Shown here: in pieces, positions 12,875 to 23,400 of the stretch
Layout: every line of letters begins with the position of its first letter
Position numbering within the stretch: the stretch's first letter is position 1
Source of the DNA: Somniosus microcephalus
Lineage: Eukaryota
NCBI GenBank assembly: GCA_052327205.1
Contig: CM126227.1
Coordinates: 28,272,001 to 28,336,000 of the forward strand
Direction: 5' to 3'
DNA length: 64,000 bases
The notes under the pieces: generated by a model
The model's input: only the letters and a program-made list of their open reading frames with translations
Database searches by the model: none
What the model was told of the DNA's origin: nothing
Position numbers and translations under genes: made by a program

Positions 12875-13608
12875 GGGCTGGATTTTGTGAATGGAGGCGA
12901 GTTGGAGGCGGGACTGCTGCTTGTCGTGTCAATGTCCCGCCTCCATCATCGTCTGACCAACCAGAGGGATTTTCCCCTGATTGAGCATGTTAAACCCGCC
13001 CTGCGGGCTCAGCAGGCCAATTCGGGAGGAAGTCACCGACAGATCGCCTAAACGTCAGACGTGCTATCTGTCAAGAATTCTTCAAAGAAGAAATTTCAGC
13101 GTTTGACAGCTCTGTGAAGCTGTCAGACACTGACATTCTCTTTAGTTTGATGACTCCTTGTGTTGAGGACTCATCAAACCTTTCAAATTTGTAAATTTCA
13201 CATGTATATTGGAACAGAGGTTCCAACAGCCATTCTGTGAGATTGACGAGCAGGATGTCAGCTCTCCCAATCCACCGCGGCTAAAGGCTGTAGGAAGAAA
13301 ACAAAGTAAGTGAACACTTTTTTAAACTTATCACTCACCTTGCATACTTACTACTCCACACTTGCATCCATCACTCACCTCTACACCTTACTTCCAGGTG
13401 CCTCCAACCGCCACAGAACTCCTCCACGTCTCCTCCAACCCGGCGGGGTTCTCCGAGGTCGGGAAGCCTTCAACGGTGAAGGTAAAATGGCAATCCTTTT
13501 TTTGCCTGTTAACTACCTGTTAACAGGCAATTAAAAGGACTAAATGCCTTTCCCGCCTCCAGGAGACGGGACCCAAAGCTGCACATCTTCCCACCTCCAG
13601 GCAAAAGG
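12875..13608. mobile_element. Harbinger-like MITE (4282 family), copy 2, truncated at its right end
   Basis: Starts GGGCTGGATTTTGTGAATGG; lacks the right TIR; abuts the resumed CR1. Confidence 0.75.
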
Positions 13609-14689
13609 GCACTTTCATAGGAAAAATAGAAAAGTAGAGTATTTTTTAAATGGTGATAGATTGGGAAATGTTGGTGTTCAGAGGGACTTGGGTGTCCTTG
13701 TACATGAATCACTGAAAGTTAACATGCAGGTACAGCAAGCAATTAGGAAAGCAAATGATAGGTTGGCCTTTATCACAAGAGGATTTGAGTATAAGAGTAA
13801 AGACGCCTTACTGCAATTATATAGGGCCCTGGTGAGACCACACCTGGAGCATTGTGTACAGTTTTGGTCTCCTTACCTAAGGAAGGATATACTTGCCATA
13901 AAGGGAGTGCAACGAAGGTTCACCAGACTGATTCCTGGGATGGGGGGATTGTCCTATGAGGAGAGATTGAGTAGACTAGGCCTATATTCTCTAGAGTTTA
14001 GAAGAATGAGAGCTGATCTCATTGAAACATACAAAATTCTTACAGGGCTTGACAGGGTAGATGCAGGCAGGATGTTTCCCCTGGCTGGGGAGTCAAGAAC
14101 CAGGGGTCACAGTCTCAGAATATGGGGTTGGCCATTTAGGACTGAGATGAGGAGAAATTTCTTCACTCAGGGGGTGGTGAATCTTTCGAATTCTCTACCC
14201 CAGAGGGCTGTGGAGGCTCAGTCATTGAGTATATTCAAGACAGAGAGCAATAGATTTTTGGATATTAAGGGAATCAAGGGATATGAGGATAGTGCAAGAA
14301 AGTGGATTTGAGGTAGATCAGCCATGATCTTATTGAATGGCGGAGCAGGCTCGGGGGACCAAATGGCCGACTCCTGCTCCTATTTCTTATGTTCTTATGA
14401 AACGCACAGCGTACATCTCCTGGGGTTTGTGTAGCTATGCTGGTGCTTGGCAGGGGTGGTAATAGTGACATAGGATGCTGTAAGGTGATGACTAACTCAG
14501 GGATGTGGCACCTAATTGTTCCACTCCTAAGCAAGCAGAAAAGAACAAAATCTCAAAATGCTGTCTCAAATAGTCGCCTTTAAGCACGAATTTGAATGCC
14601 TACTCTGTGTGATGCTACTTAAGCTGAGTGTGTGGCTGTGTGACAGTCACTTAGTAAGACAACATTATTTAGCATGAACCTTATGGTAC

Positions 14690-15420
14690 TAGCCCTGAAC
14701 TCAGAAGAAGCCTCCGGAATTCTCTGGATGCTGGCAAGGCCAATAATTTCAAGGGTGGCCTCTTCAAAAGGAGACAGTGACTGAAATTGCTCCAGGCCAC
14801 CTCCAGTATGGGTTTGTTTGCGGCGATGAAAGGCCCTCTTGACCTGCAAGACGAACAGTAGTATTGGAAGTGCATAACACAGTGACCGTGTCTTACAGCG
14901 GTGTAGATTCAGGGGCAAAGCACAAAAAGTGAGGATGCATAGTCTTTGTGTGAAGGCATATGCATTGTTAGTCATAACTATCATAAATCCTGTGTCCCTG
15001 TTCAAACAAAGCATTCCTTGCCTTGGTTCTATTATAGCAGTACTGCATCCAGATAAGGTAGTCATGGATTTTCAGCATTAAAGGGTTAAACTGTTAGCGG
15101 AGAGGATCTTCTGGCATGTGTACTTGTGACAGATGATTGTTGTATTGTTGGCTTACCTTGACAGATTTCTTCAGCGGCTAATGAATACAGTCATCAGGAC
15201 ACACGGGCGTTAGCACAACACCTTTGTTCTTATGTCTTGCCGCCTCTGTGGGCCTTTGCCACTGCATTCATCCTTCTGCCACTTTCCTCCTGCAGCACCA
15301 GGTGCTTCTGGATGCAAGCCTTTTTGTCCCATAAAGTGTGTCCTTCCTCCTGACTCCTCCCCCTAGGATTTCTAGTACCTGGTCAATAAACCTGGCTTTC
15401 CTCACTCTCTGCAGTGTTCA
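14690..15420 (-). pseudogene. Decayed Harbinger accessory Myb/SANT-like gene
   Basis: Minus strand RVRKARFIDQVLEIL..VRRKDTLY, donor AAG|GTAAG at ~15155, then acceptor TTGCAG and VKRAFHRRKQTHTGGG...SPFEEATLEII. The TGGG motif is typical of these proteins. Confidence 0.6.
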
Positions 15421-16061
15421 ACGATATTGCTCAGTCGCTAGCTGCCCTGGCCTCCCCAGCATTATTTCAGCTCTTTGAACGGCTCCTCATTGCATCTCGT
15501 AGCTGACTGTCAGCATTATTACTCTGCCACTCCACTGAATGGCCTGCTGTGCAAGTGTTGAAGTAGTTGCATGCGTCGCAGAGCTCAAAATCCTGAAGTA
15601 ATGCTCCGTTAATCCCTCAACACGCATCAACAGCAATTGGCAGGCTTCACTGTTTTAAGCACTGTTGGAGTAACATGGCCAGGAACTGAGGAGGAATTTG
15701 AGGGACAGGTTATTGTCTAGATAAACAGTGCAGTTGAAAGGGCATAGAAATATATACGGGAGCCCTGTAGTATCACGACATCTGAAAGAAAAGGAGGGAG
15801 AAAGGGTTGGTGGTTAGCATTCCATGAACTCCTTTCTACCCATCGAGGGCTCGGTGGAAAATGTTACTCTGTGGTAAGGCACTGAGCCACAAAGACCAGG
15901 CAGATTTCAGCTTTAAGCCTTGCTTTGTGTTGAATTAGTTAATCACACCCAAGACGGTGGTGCTACAGTTGTTTTACAGACTCACCAGCCTAGGAAGGGA
16001 GCGGGGGTAAGAACAGAAATGGCTCCTGTTCCTAATTGTTGTTCCGTTGGAAGGGATCAAA

Positions 16062-16211
16062 GGGTTAATTTTCACTTTAGACAGTGATGTGAAATGGGCG
16101 ATATTGGCCCGGCCACCCGTTAAACGCCCCTCCCGATTTTTGTTTGCATTGACGGGTGGCCAAGCTGATAGCACATGTTTTGCACTGTCGTCGAAAGTGA
16201 AAATTACTCCC
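16062..16211. mobile_element. Short palindromic MITE
   Basis: GGGTTAATTTTCACTTTAGACAGTG / CACTGTCGTCGAAAGTGAAAATTACTCC. Confidence 0.7.
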
Positions 16212-16435
16212 AAGTCTGGATCATGGGCAAGGACAAGAAAGGACAGGATTAGGTTTCACTGTGTTAACCTCCAGGGAGAAACAGCCTGCCAACACTGAAG
16301 GCCCAAACTCACACATGAAAAATGGTCACTTAAGCAAATGCCAGAGAGCTGTTCTCCACGGAACTGCATCCCAGCAGAAGCCTTTTCTTGACGAAAATTA
16401 GAGGGAAAAATTGAAACAAAATATGTAAGTTTCCT

Positions 16436-16624
16436 AAATAACAACAGAAAATGCTGGAAAAACTCAGCAGGCCAGGCAACATCCGTGGAGAGAAATTAGA
16501 GTCGACGTTTCGGGTGAACCATCGACTCTAATTTCTCTCCACGGATGTTGCCTGGCCTGCTGAGTTTTTCCAGCATTTTCTGTTGTTATTTCGGATTTCC
16601 AGCATCTGCAGTATTTTGCTATCG
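16436..16624. mobile_element. Fold-back (inverted-arm) Penelope-type insertion
   Basis: Arms ~16436-16505 and ~16522-16591 are reverse complements. 13-bp TSD ATGTAAGTTTCCT at 16423-16435 and 16625-16637. Confidence 0.8.
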
Positions 16625-16933
16625 ATGTAAGTTTCCTTGCTCGCTACACAATAGTTCTGCTCAGGCGAGTCGGAGGGTGGGGAGGTGTCAGAGGTCGCGA
16701 GGTTGGGGGGGTTCAGCCGATCGTGGAGTCTGTGAAGAGGTTTGCTTGTTGGGCTGGAAGGAAACACTCCTGCTCCTCCTCGCCCACGAGCAGTGCTGTA
16801 AAGGCACTTAGCTCATGGATCCGGTCCTTCTTGCCTCCTTTTATCTGCCGGGTTTTTCGAAACCCAGTCTCCATGGATTAAAAATCAAAATCCTGTAAAA
16901 TTGGAGGCGCGCAAGCCTCCTTAAAAACTTTTA

Positions 16934-17787
16934 CATAGAAACATAGAAGATAGGAGCAGGAGTAGGCCATTCGGCCCCTCGAGCCTGCTCCGCCATTCAA
17001 TGAGATCATGGCTGATCATCCAAACTCAGTACCCTGTCCCTGCCTTCTCCCCATATCCCTTGATCCCTTTAGCCTTAAGAAATATATCTTAACTCCTTCT
17101 TGAATATATTTAATGAATTGGCCTCAACTGCCTTCTGTGGTAGAGAATTCCACAGGTTCACCACTCTCTGGGTGAAGAAATTCCTCCTCATCTCTGTCCT
17201 AAATGGCTTACCCCTTATCCTTAGACTGTGACCTCTGGTTCTGGACTCCCCCGCCATCAGGAACATCCTTCCTGCATTTAGTCTGTCTAGTCCTGTTAGA
17301 ATTTTATAAGTTTCAATGAGATCCCCTCTCATTCTTCTAAACTCCAGCGAGTATAAGCCCAATCGACCCAACCTCTCCTCATACGTCATTCCTGCCATCC
17401 CAGGTATCAGCCTGGTGAATCTTCGCTGCACTCCTTCCATGGCAAGAACATCCTTCCTCAGATAAGACGACCAAAACTGCACACAATACTCAAGGTGTGG
17501 TCTCACCAAGGCCCTGTAGAACTGCAGCAAGCCATCCTTGTTTCTGTACTCGAACCCTCTCGCTACGAAGGCCAACGTACCATTTGCCTTCTTAACCGCC
17601 TGCTGCACCTGCATGCTTACCTTCAGCGACTGGTGCACAAGGACACCCAGGTCTCGTTGCACTTCCCCTTCTCCCAATCTATTGCCGTTCAGATAATAAT
17701 CTGCCTTCCTGTTTTTGCCACCAAAGTGGATAACCTCGCATTTATCCACATTATACTGCATCTGCCATGCTTCTGCCCAATCACCCA
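16934..17787 (-). mobile_element. Young CR1 LINE 3' fragment inserted in a MITE (~16650-17975)
   Basis: ORF 17075-17848 is an uninterrupted RT C-terminus; (CATAGAAA)n tail. Confidence 0.92.
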
Positions 17788-18402
17788 ACCTGCCCAACCT
17801 GCTTTTACTGAGCAACCCGCCTCCTGAGAGCGGATTGGCCACTCGCACCCCGCCCCCCCCCCCGACCCGCTCCCGTTAAATGTGGGCGGATTGGGGTCAT
17901 GTTTGAGATTTTTTAAATGTTCACTTCCCACCCGCCTTCAGCCCACCTGTCATTGGGGATTAAAATTCCACCCCCCAATCTCTTTCCAAAGGGACCATGA
18001 GAGAGTGTAGGACACACTAGAGCTCCGTGGGGTGTTGTTCTGAGTTTGTGATTAAGACACTTGGTTAAGGTCATGCAGGTGAATTCTGCATTGCATTCAG
18101 AAATTCCTATATTCAACTTTCATTGCTGCACCTGGGCACAGAATAGAAAGTATGCTCAGTCTCCAGTACTGTCATGTTCAATAAGCAAAAGTAGATGCAG
18201 AAAAATGAAAAGATCCGTGCCTAAGCTATTTTGAAATCTTGATTCCATGTATATATTTATTTAATGTGGATGATGTAGTGTTTATTCCATTTGAGTGAAT
18301 CATGAAGTCAGAATTAAGTTATGTAATAGCCATTGCATTGCCCTCACGACAGTAAAGTATTCTAAGCAGGTTAGACAATTTGTAAGTTCTATTAAAACAT
18401 TA

Positions 18403-18559
18403 ATACAAAAGCAAAATACTGCGGATGCTGGAAATTTGAAATAAAAACAGAAAATGCTGGAAATACTCAGCAGGTCAGGCAGCATCTGTGGAGAGAGAAA
18501 CAGAGTTAACGTTTCAGGTCAATGACCTTTCATCAGAACTGGAAAAAGTTAGAGATGTA
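18403..18559 (-). mobile_element. Short Penelope-type element with an intact minimal hammerhead motif
   Basis: Family consensus. Minus strand reads agtt-CTGATGA-a-aggtc-att-gacct-GAAA-cg-TT-aact. Confidence 0.75.
18503..18540 (-). ncRNA. Minimal type-I hammerhead ribozyme motif
   Basis: CUGAUGA core, 5-bp stem II (AGGUC/GACCU), GAAA, palindromic AACGUU stem III, stem I AGUU/AACU. Activity untested. Confidence 0.6.
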
Positions 18560-18706
18560 CAAATGGAAATCCTGTCGGGGAGATGCCCATCTTGAAGAAG
18601 TCCTGCTCTTCTCTCCGAAGGGATTTCCATTTGAACTCTATTAAAACATGTTTAATTTCTGTATTTCCTGCTGTTAGTCAGCTGATATGGTTGGCCTACC
18701 ATTACA

Positions 18707-18900
18707 GTGTCAGCTGTGGCTCACTCGTGCCTTTGAGTCAGAAGGTTGTGGGTTCAAGTCCCACTCCAGAGACTCGAGCACAAAAACCTAGGCTGACACT
18801 CCAGTGCAGGGCTGAGCGAGTGCTGCACTGTCGGAGGTGCCGTCTTTCAAATGAGACATTAAACCGAGTCCCCGTCTGCTCTCTCAGGTGCACGTAAAAG
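18707..18900 (+). mobile_element. tRNA-derived DeuSINE (SacSINE1-like), 5' part
   Basis: tRNA-like head with B-box GGTTCAAGTCC, then Deu-domain-like GTGCTGCACTGTCGGAGGTGCCGTCTTTC. Confidence 0.75.
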
Positions 18901-19669
18901 CGAATTATTCTGCAGTTGGATGCCAATATGGTAATAGCTGGAAAAGAACATGAGGCAGCAAAGGAAATTCAAGAAGAAAACAAACTTTTATTCTCTGTTT
19001 GGTGACAATTTGTGCTCATCAAGTTGAAGGATGTTTGCCCTGAGAAAAGGGACACTCAAACCAGGTTTTCCAATCTGTGTTCTTTTAATGTTGATATTAA
19101 AAGGGATAATGCCACTTGGAAATCTATGGTCCTGTATTAGCATCAATAACTTGCAGACAGGTTAGATACAAAAAAAATCTCAACTCCACACGTTGTGCCT
19201 TATCCCCAACCACAGAAAAGCACTTTGAACAACACCAGTGTGTTATTTTCCATTTCTGACTCCAGGAATCGTTGCCGTCTATCTAAATGAGAATGTCCAC
19301 TTAGTGCCAAATTAGGGACTATTTTGTACTATGGGCCTACTCCCACTAGGAATATGATTGTCCAAACTTATTTCACATTGAAGTCTCACAGCCAGCAGAC
19401 AGATCCATCAGTCTGAGCTATATTGGAATGCAAGCACCACAGATGAACGACGAGTGCGCAACTCACTGTGCCACCAGCACCATTCCCACACAATCAAATT
19501 TACAACTATTGTGGGAAGTGGCCAGCAAAGTGGAAGTGTTGCAACAAAGACAGCGTTGACACAACTGCGTAAAGTATTAGGAGTAAGAAAATGCATGGCA
19601 GCGGAAAGAGGCATACCTCAACTTGTTCATTCTTGAAGTATTGTGTTGTCATATATTTATAGACTCAAT

Positions 19670-19832
19670 GGGGTAGTTCCTGACTTTGTGTGATAGTGTA
19701 AAATGGGTGATAGCGAGTCGGCAGCCCGTTTTACATCTCTCCAATGGAAAGAAAAAATCTACAGAGAAATAAAATGGGCTGCAGACTCGCTGTCACCCAT
19801 TTTACACTACCGGGCGAAGTCAAGATCAGCCC
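19670..19832. mobile_element. Short hairpin MITE
   Basis: ~60-bp inverted arms TAGTGTAAAATGGGTGATAGCGAGTCGGCAGCCC / GGGCTGCAGACTCGCTGTCACCCATTTTACACTA. Confidence 0.8.
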
Positions 19833-19989
19833 GTGCTATCATGTGATTTTTTTTCTATGTATCTCACTGCAATGTGATAACATTGATGTATCTAAACTGT
19901 GGTCACACTTGTTGCATAAAAAGTATTTGTAATATTAAATGGTTTGATTCTCTTCTAGCTGCTTAATGTGCATGCTTGTTCTCCTCCAG

Positions 19990-20035
19990 ATCCTCCTCTC
20001 TCAATAACACACTGCCGAAAGAGTGTGGAATCCCC
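19990..20035 (+). CDS. IGSF9B: IGSF9B 46-nt exon (DPPLSITHCRKSVESP)
   Basis: CTCCTCCAG acceptor; donor CC|GTAAGT at 20036; phase 1 to 2. Nearly identical to human 'DPPLSITHCRKSLESP'. Not in the ORF track. Confidence 0.95.
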
Positions 20036-20840
20036 GTAAGTAACCAGCCCCTTCTATAATTCTGTCCGTGTTTGTTCATGTGTGATAAATTGATGTGGTT
20101 GATTTGATTCACTTTCTCTGCGATGGTAGCCAGACTGTGAAGTTAGACCCATGTCAACCTAACACTAGACTTTGTTTTACAACTAATAGAAGAGAGAATA
20201 AAATGGTCATTCCATAATGATGCCTCTGATTGTGCCAGTTGCAAGTGAATTGAGTCTGGGAGCCTTAGTTGCATAAATCTTCAGATCCTATTAAATTTTA
20301 TAAAGCGAGAGAATAAATCCCTGTATAATTTACAGTTTCCCTACAGGATACTGGAGGATTTGTTCTTAAAATCTTTAAAAATACGACGGTAACTTATAGA
20401 GTTATGATTTCATAAACAGATGCCCTGCTGTGTAGTTTGGAACGGATCAATATGCAGCACAAAAGAGCCATTAATTCACCACTAAATGGCTCTGTTATCC
20501 TATTGCTGTAATAACACGCATCAGTTGGCAGTATTAATCAAATTATAAATTCCCTGACTATTATTTTAAATTACATTATTTTCATTATATTGTTGCTTAA
20601 CTGATGATAAAAATGTTTCCCAAATGAGGGCTAAATACATCATGAAATTTATTCCAACTGCCACAACTTCAAAACTGATGATTCATTAAATTAGTAGGCA
20701 AAATCACTGTTGCTATTAATGAATAAGGCTAGTGACGACAGCGGCAGCAATAAAATAATGGGTTACTTCACTGGGCAATGACAAATTTGTAAACGTGAAA
20801 GTATACAGGGTTACTGTTGCCTCTGATTTTGGTCTCTCAG

Positions 20841-22517
20841 ATCTTCCTCAGGAAAGGTGAGTCCTGAAAGCGTCAGAACACTTCGAGCTCCGTCAGACTC
20901 CTCTGAAGATGCTCAAGCCATACATGCCAAGATGATGAGTCCTGGCACAGAAAGGGAAATGTCTCTGTACAAAAAGACAAAGCGAGCAATAACCAGCAGG
21001 AAGTACAGCGTCTCCAAGCATGAGGCCGAGGCAGATGTCACGACCCCCATCGAACTGATCAGCAGAGGCCCCGATGGACGCTTCATCATGGATCCCACAG
21101 AGATGGAGACATCGTTGAAGACGAGGAGGATTGAGGGCTTTCCTTTCGCAGAAGAGACGGATACCTATCCTGAGTTCCGGCAATCAGACGAGGAAAACAA
21201 TGAGACTCTAACTCCAACTGCCATTATGGGCTTGAAGTCTCAGCTTTCACCTCTTTCATCGAGTCAAGAGTCTTACTTACAGCCACCAGCATACAGCCCA
21301 TCGTTCCAGAAAACAGACGAAAGCATGGGAGGCTTAGATACCAGGCTACAGGCCACTGGTCAGACCAGGCGACCTGCTAAAGGTTACCCTCACAGCCAGT
21401 TTTATGGCTATCTCAGCAGTAGCTCTGCAGACCAAGATGGTCAGCCATTTTACATGCCAGATATCAGTCCCCTCAGTTCAGTGATGTCTTCACCTCTATT
21501 ACTTGCTGAAGGATCTTATGGTCATCCCACCCTCCCTGCGGATCATGGAGATACTGAAATACAGCATTTGGTCGCTTCCAGTAGCACTCTGCCTTTGACT
21601 CACACGCCAACCACTATGAGGTCTCCTGAACTGTGGAGAAGGAAGGAATTATCTATCAGCAGCATTGAAAGCTCTCCAGTTATGTTTTCACACCATCAAG
21701 ATACACCTGAGAGTACACTGCCAAAGGCTGGTCTTCCAAGGGGTGGCCCCCCTTCCTCACTCCAGGTCCCAGCACCCTACCATAGCGTGCTGCAACTGGA
21801 GGCACCAAAGAGTCGGACTGGCAAAACTCCCAGCAAAACTAAAGGATCTGTCTCTCTCTCTCAAAAACATCCACATCAACCTATGCAACAGACCAGTCAT
21901 GGGCAGCTAAAGCATACCAGCCATGGTATAAGTGCACCCGCATTGCCTTACACTGAATCAGCCAAACAGGCTGGTCCTAGTGGCACAAGCACATTCAGCC
22001 TGGACACCAGGTGGTACGAACCTAGACCCAGGCCCAGACCCAGCCCTAGACAAGGCAGAAGGACTGAGGCCAGTTTACACCAGGTGGTTCTACAGCCTTC
22101 CCGGCTCTCCCCTTTGAGTCAGAGTCCTATGAGTTCCCGTCACGCCTCCCCAGAGATTTCATCCCGCCCACGGCCTCGGCCTAGTGTCATGCAGCCCCCC
22201 CGAGGCATCTTTCCTGCAGGTATCTCTGTGGAGATGTCCGAAATTACCCTTCAGCCTCCTGCTGTCGTTAGCTTATCCAGAAGGTCCTCTCCGTCCTCCT
22301 CACCAGCACAAAGCGGCACTGCTGGCCAGGGCAGCAGACGAGGAAGCCCCAGTTATAGACCTCACATGACACTGACACCTTCTACAGGCAGCTACACAGG
22401 ATCCCCTCCTCCTGCAACAGAGCGCAGCGAGTTTTATAGTCAGATCCCTTCCCAAAGGAGGAGAGGTGAAGACATTCCTCCTTTTGAACACCCACCTTCA
22501 CACTTATCTACTTCAGG
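20841..22517 (+). CDS. IGSF9B: IGSF9B large cytoplasmic Ser/Pro-rich exon (SSSGKVSPESVRTLRAP...HLSTSG)
   Basis: CTCTCAG acceptor ends at 20840. Corresponds to ORF 20857-22521 with IGSF9B motifs TTPIELISRGPDGRF, RRIEGFPFAEETD and DTRWYEP. Donor GG|GTAGGT at 22518, phase 2. Confidence 0.97.
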
Positions 22518-22976
22518 GTAGGTATTTGAAAAAGAATGTTGAACCAGATCAGTTGGAAAGCCAATTTGATTTCTTCCATACAACTAAGTATTGTTTAGTT
22601 ATTGTGGAATTCCTGTGTTCCAAGATAGACACCTATATGCTATTAAGTGTACATAAGTTTTTTTTTTAAAGCTGTTTATCGTTAAGTTAGTATTTGGTTG
22701 CATTCAATTGAACAAAGCTTCTGGTGTCAGAAACTGCATCTAGTTCATCCACTTTTCAAATGGGGGATTAATACCATTCTGCATTGCTTTTTCAGAATTG
22801 TGTCCAAAACATTAATTTATATTATTATTATCATTATGGGGTTCAGCAGACAGGAAGTTTCAGTGCCACATATCCTTCCATTTCTGATGAACTACGTTCA
22901 TATAGACTCACAGGCAGAATCTCTGTCGTGTGAGCTATGAAAAATGAGAGCTGACGTTTGCACATCCTTATGAAAA

Positions 22977-23400
22977 GGTCAGCTTAGATCTGTTGGTGCC
23001 TTTTTCACCTCTGAGTCAGAAGCTCGTGGGTTCAAGACCCACTCCAGGACTTCAGCACATAAACTAGGCTGATGCTTGAGTGCAGAACTGAGGGAATTTG
23101 TCAGAGGTGCCATAGTTAGGATGAAACGTTAAACTTGGGGCACTCCATCTGTTTATTCTGGTTGAGGTGGCGGTTAAAGATCCAGTGGCACTATTCGAAG
23201 GGCTGAGTGTCCGTGAGGTGTCCTGGCCGACATTCACCCCTCAAAACATTTGTTCACAAAAAAACAGATTAACTGGTCATTCACTTCATCTCTGTGTACA
23301 AAATGGCTGCAGTGCTTGCCTACAAAACAACTGCCACTACAGTTGAAAGCAATGAATTGTACATGAACATGATAAGGTGCTACATAAATATAAGTCTTTC
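22977..23400 (+). mobile_element. Full-length degraded DeuSINE (SacSINE1-like)
   Basis: Head GAGTCAGAAG..GGTTCAAGACCC, central domain and L2-like tail AAGGTGCTACATAAATATAAGTC. Confidence 0.7.

Larger units (their letters stand above)
10880..14399 (+). mobile_element. CR1 LINE ORF2 (APE endonuclease ... RT C-terminus) with the RT core replaced by two MITEs
   Basis: ORF 11132-11743 has endonuclease motifs VYRPPN, MGDFN, LDLVL and SDH. ORF 13544-14311 is the RT C-terminus. (TTCTTATG)n tail ends at 14399. Confidence 0.93.

Noticed and set aside
11132-14311. Long ORFs (203, 127 and 255 aa) as host genes or an active retroelement
   Set aside because: They are CR1 ORF2 fragments with frameshifts and a deleted RT core.
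17075-17848. 257-aa minus-strand ORF as a novel gene
   Set aside because: It is a CR1 RT C-terminus fused by chance to MITE sequence.
18707-18790. tRNA gene
   Set aside because: The B-box is present, but the sequence continues into a SINE body and no full cloverleaf is evident.
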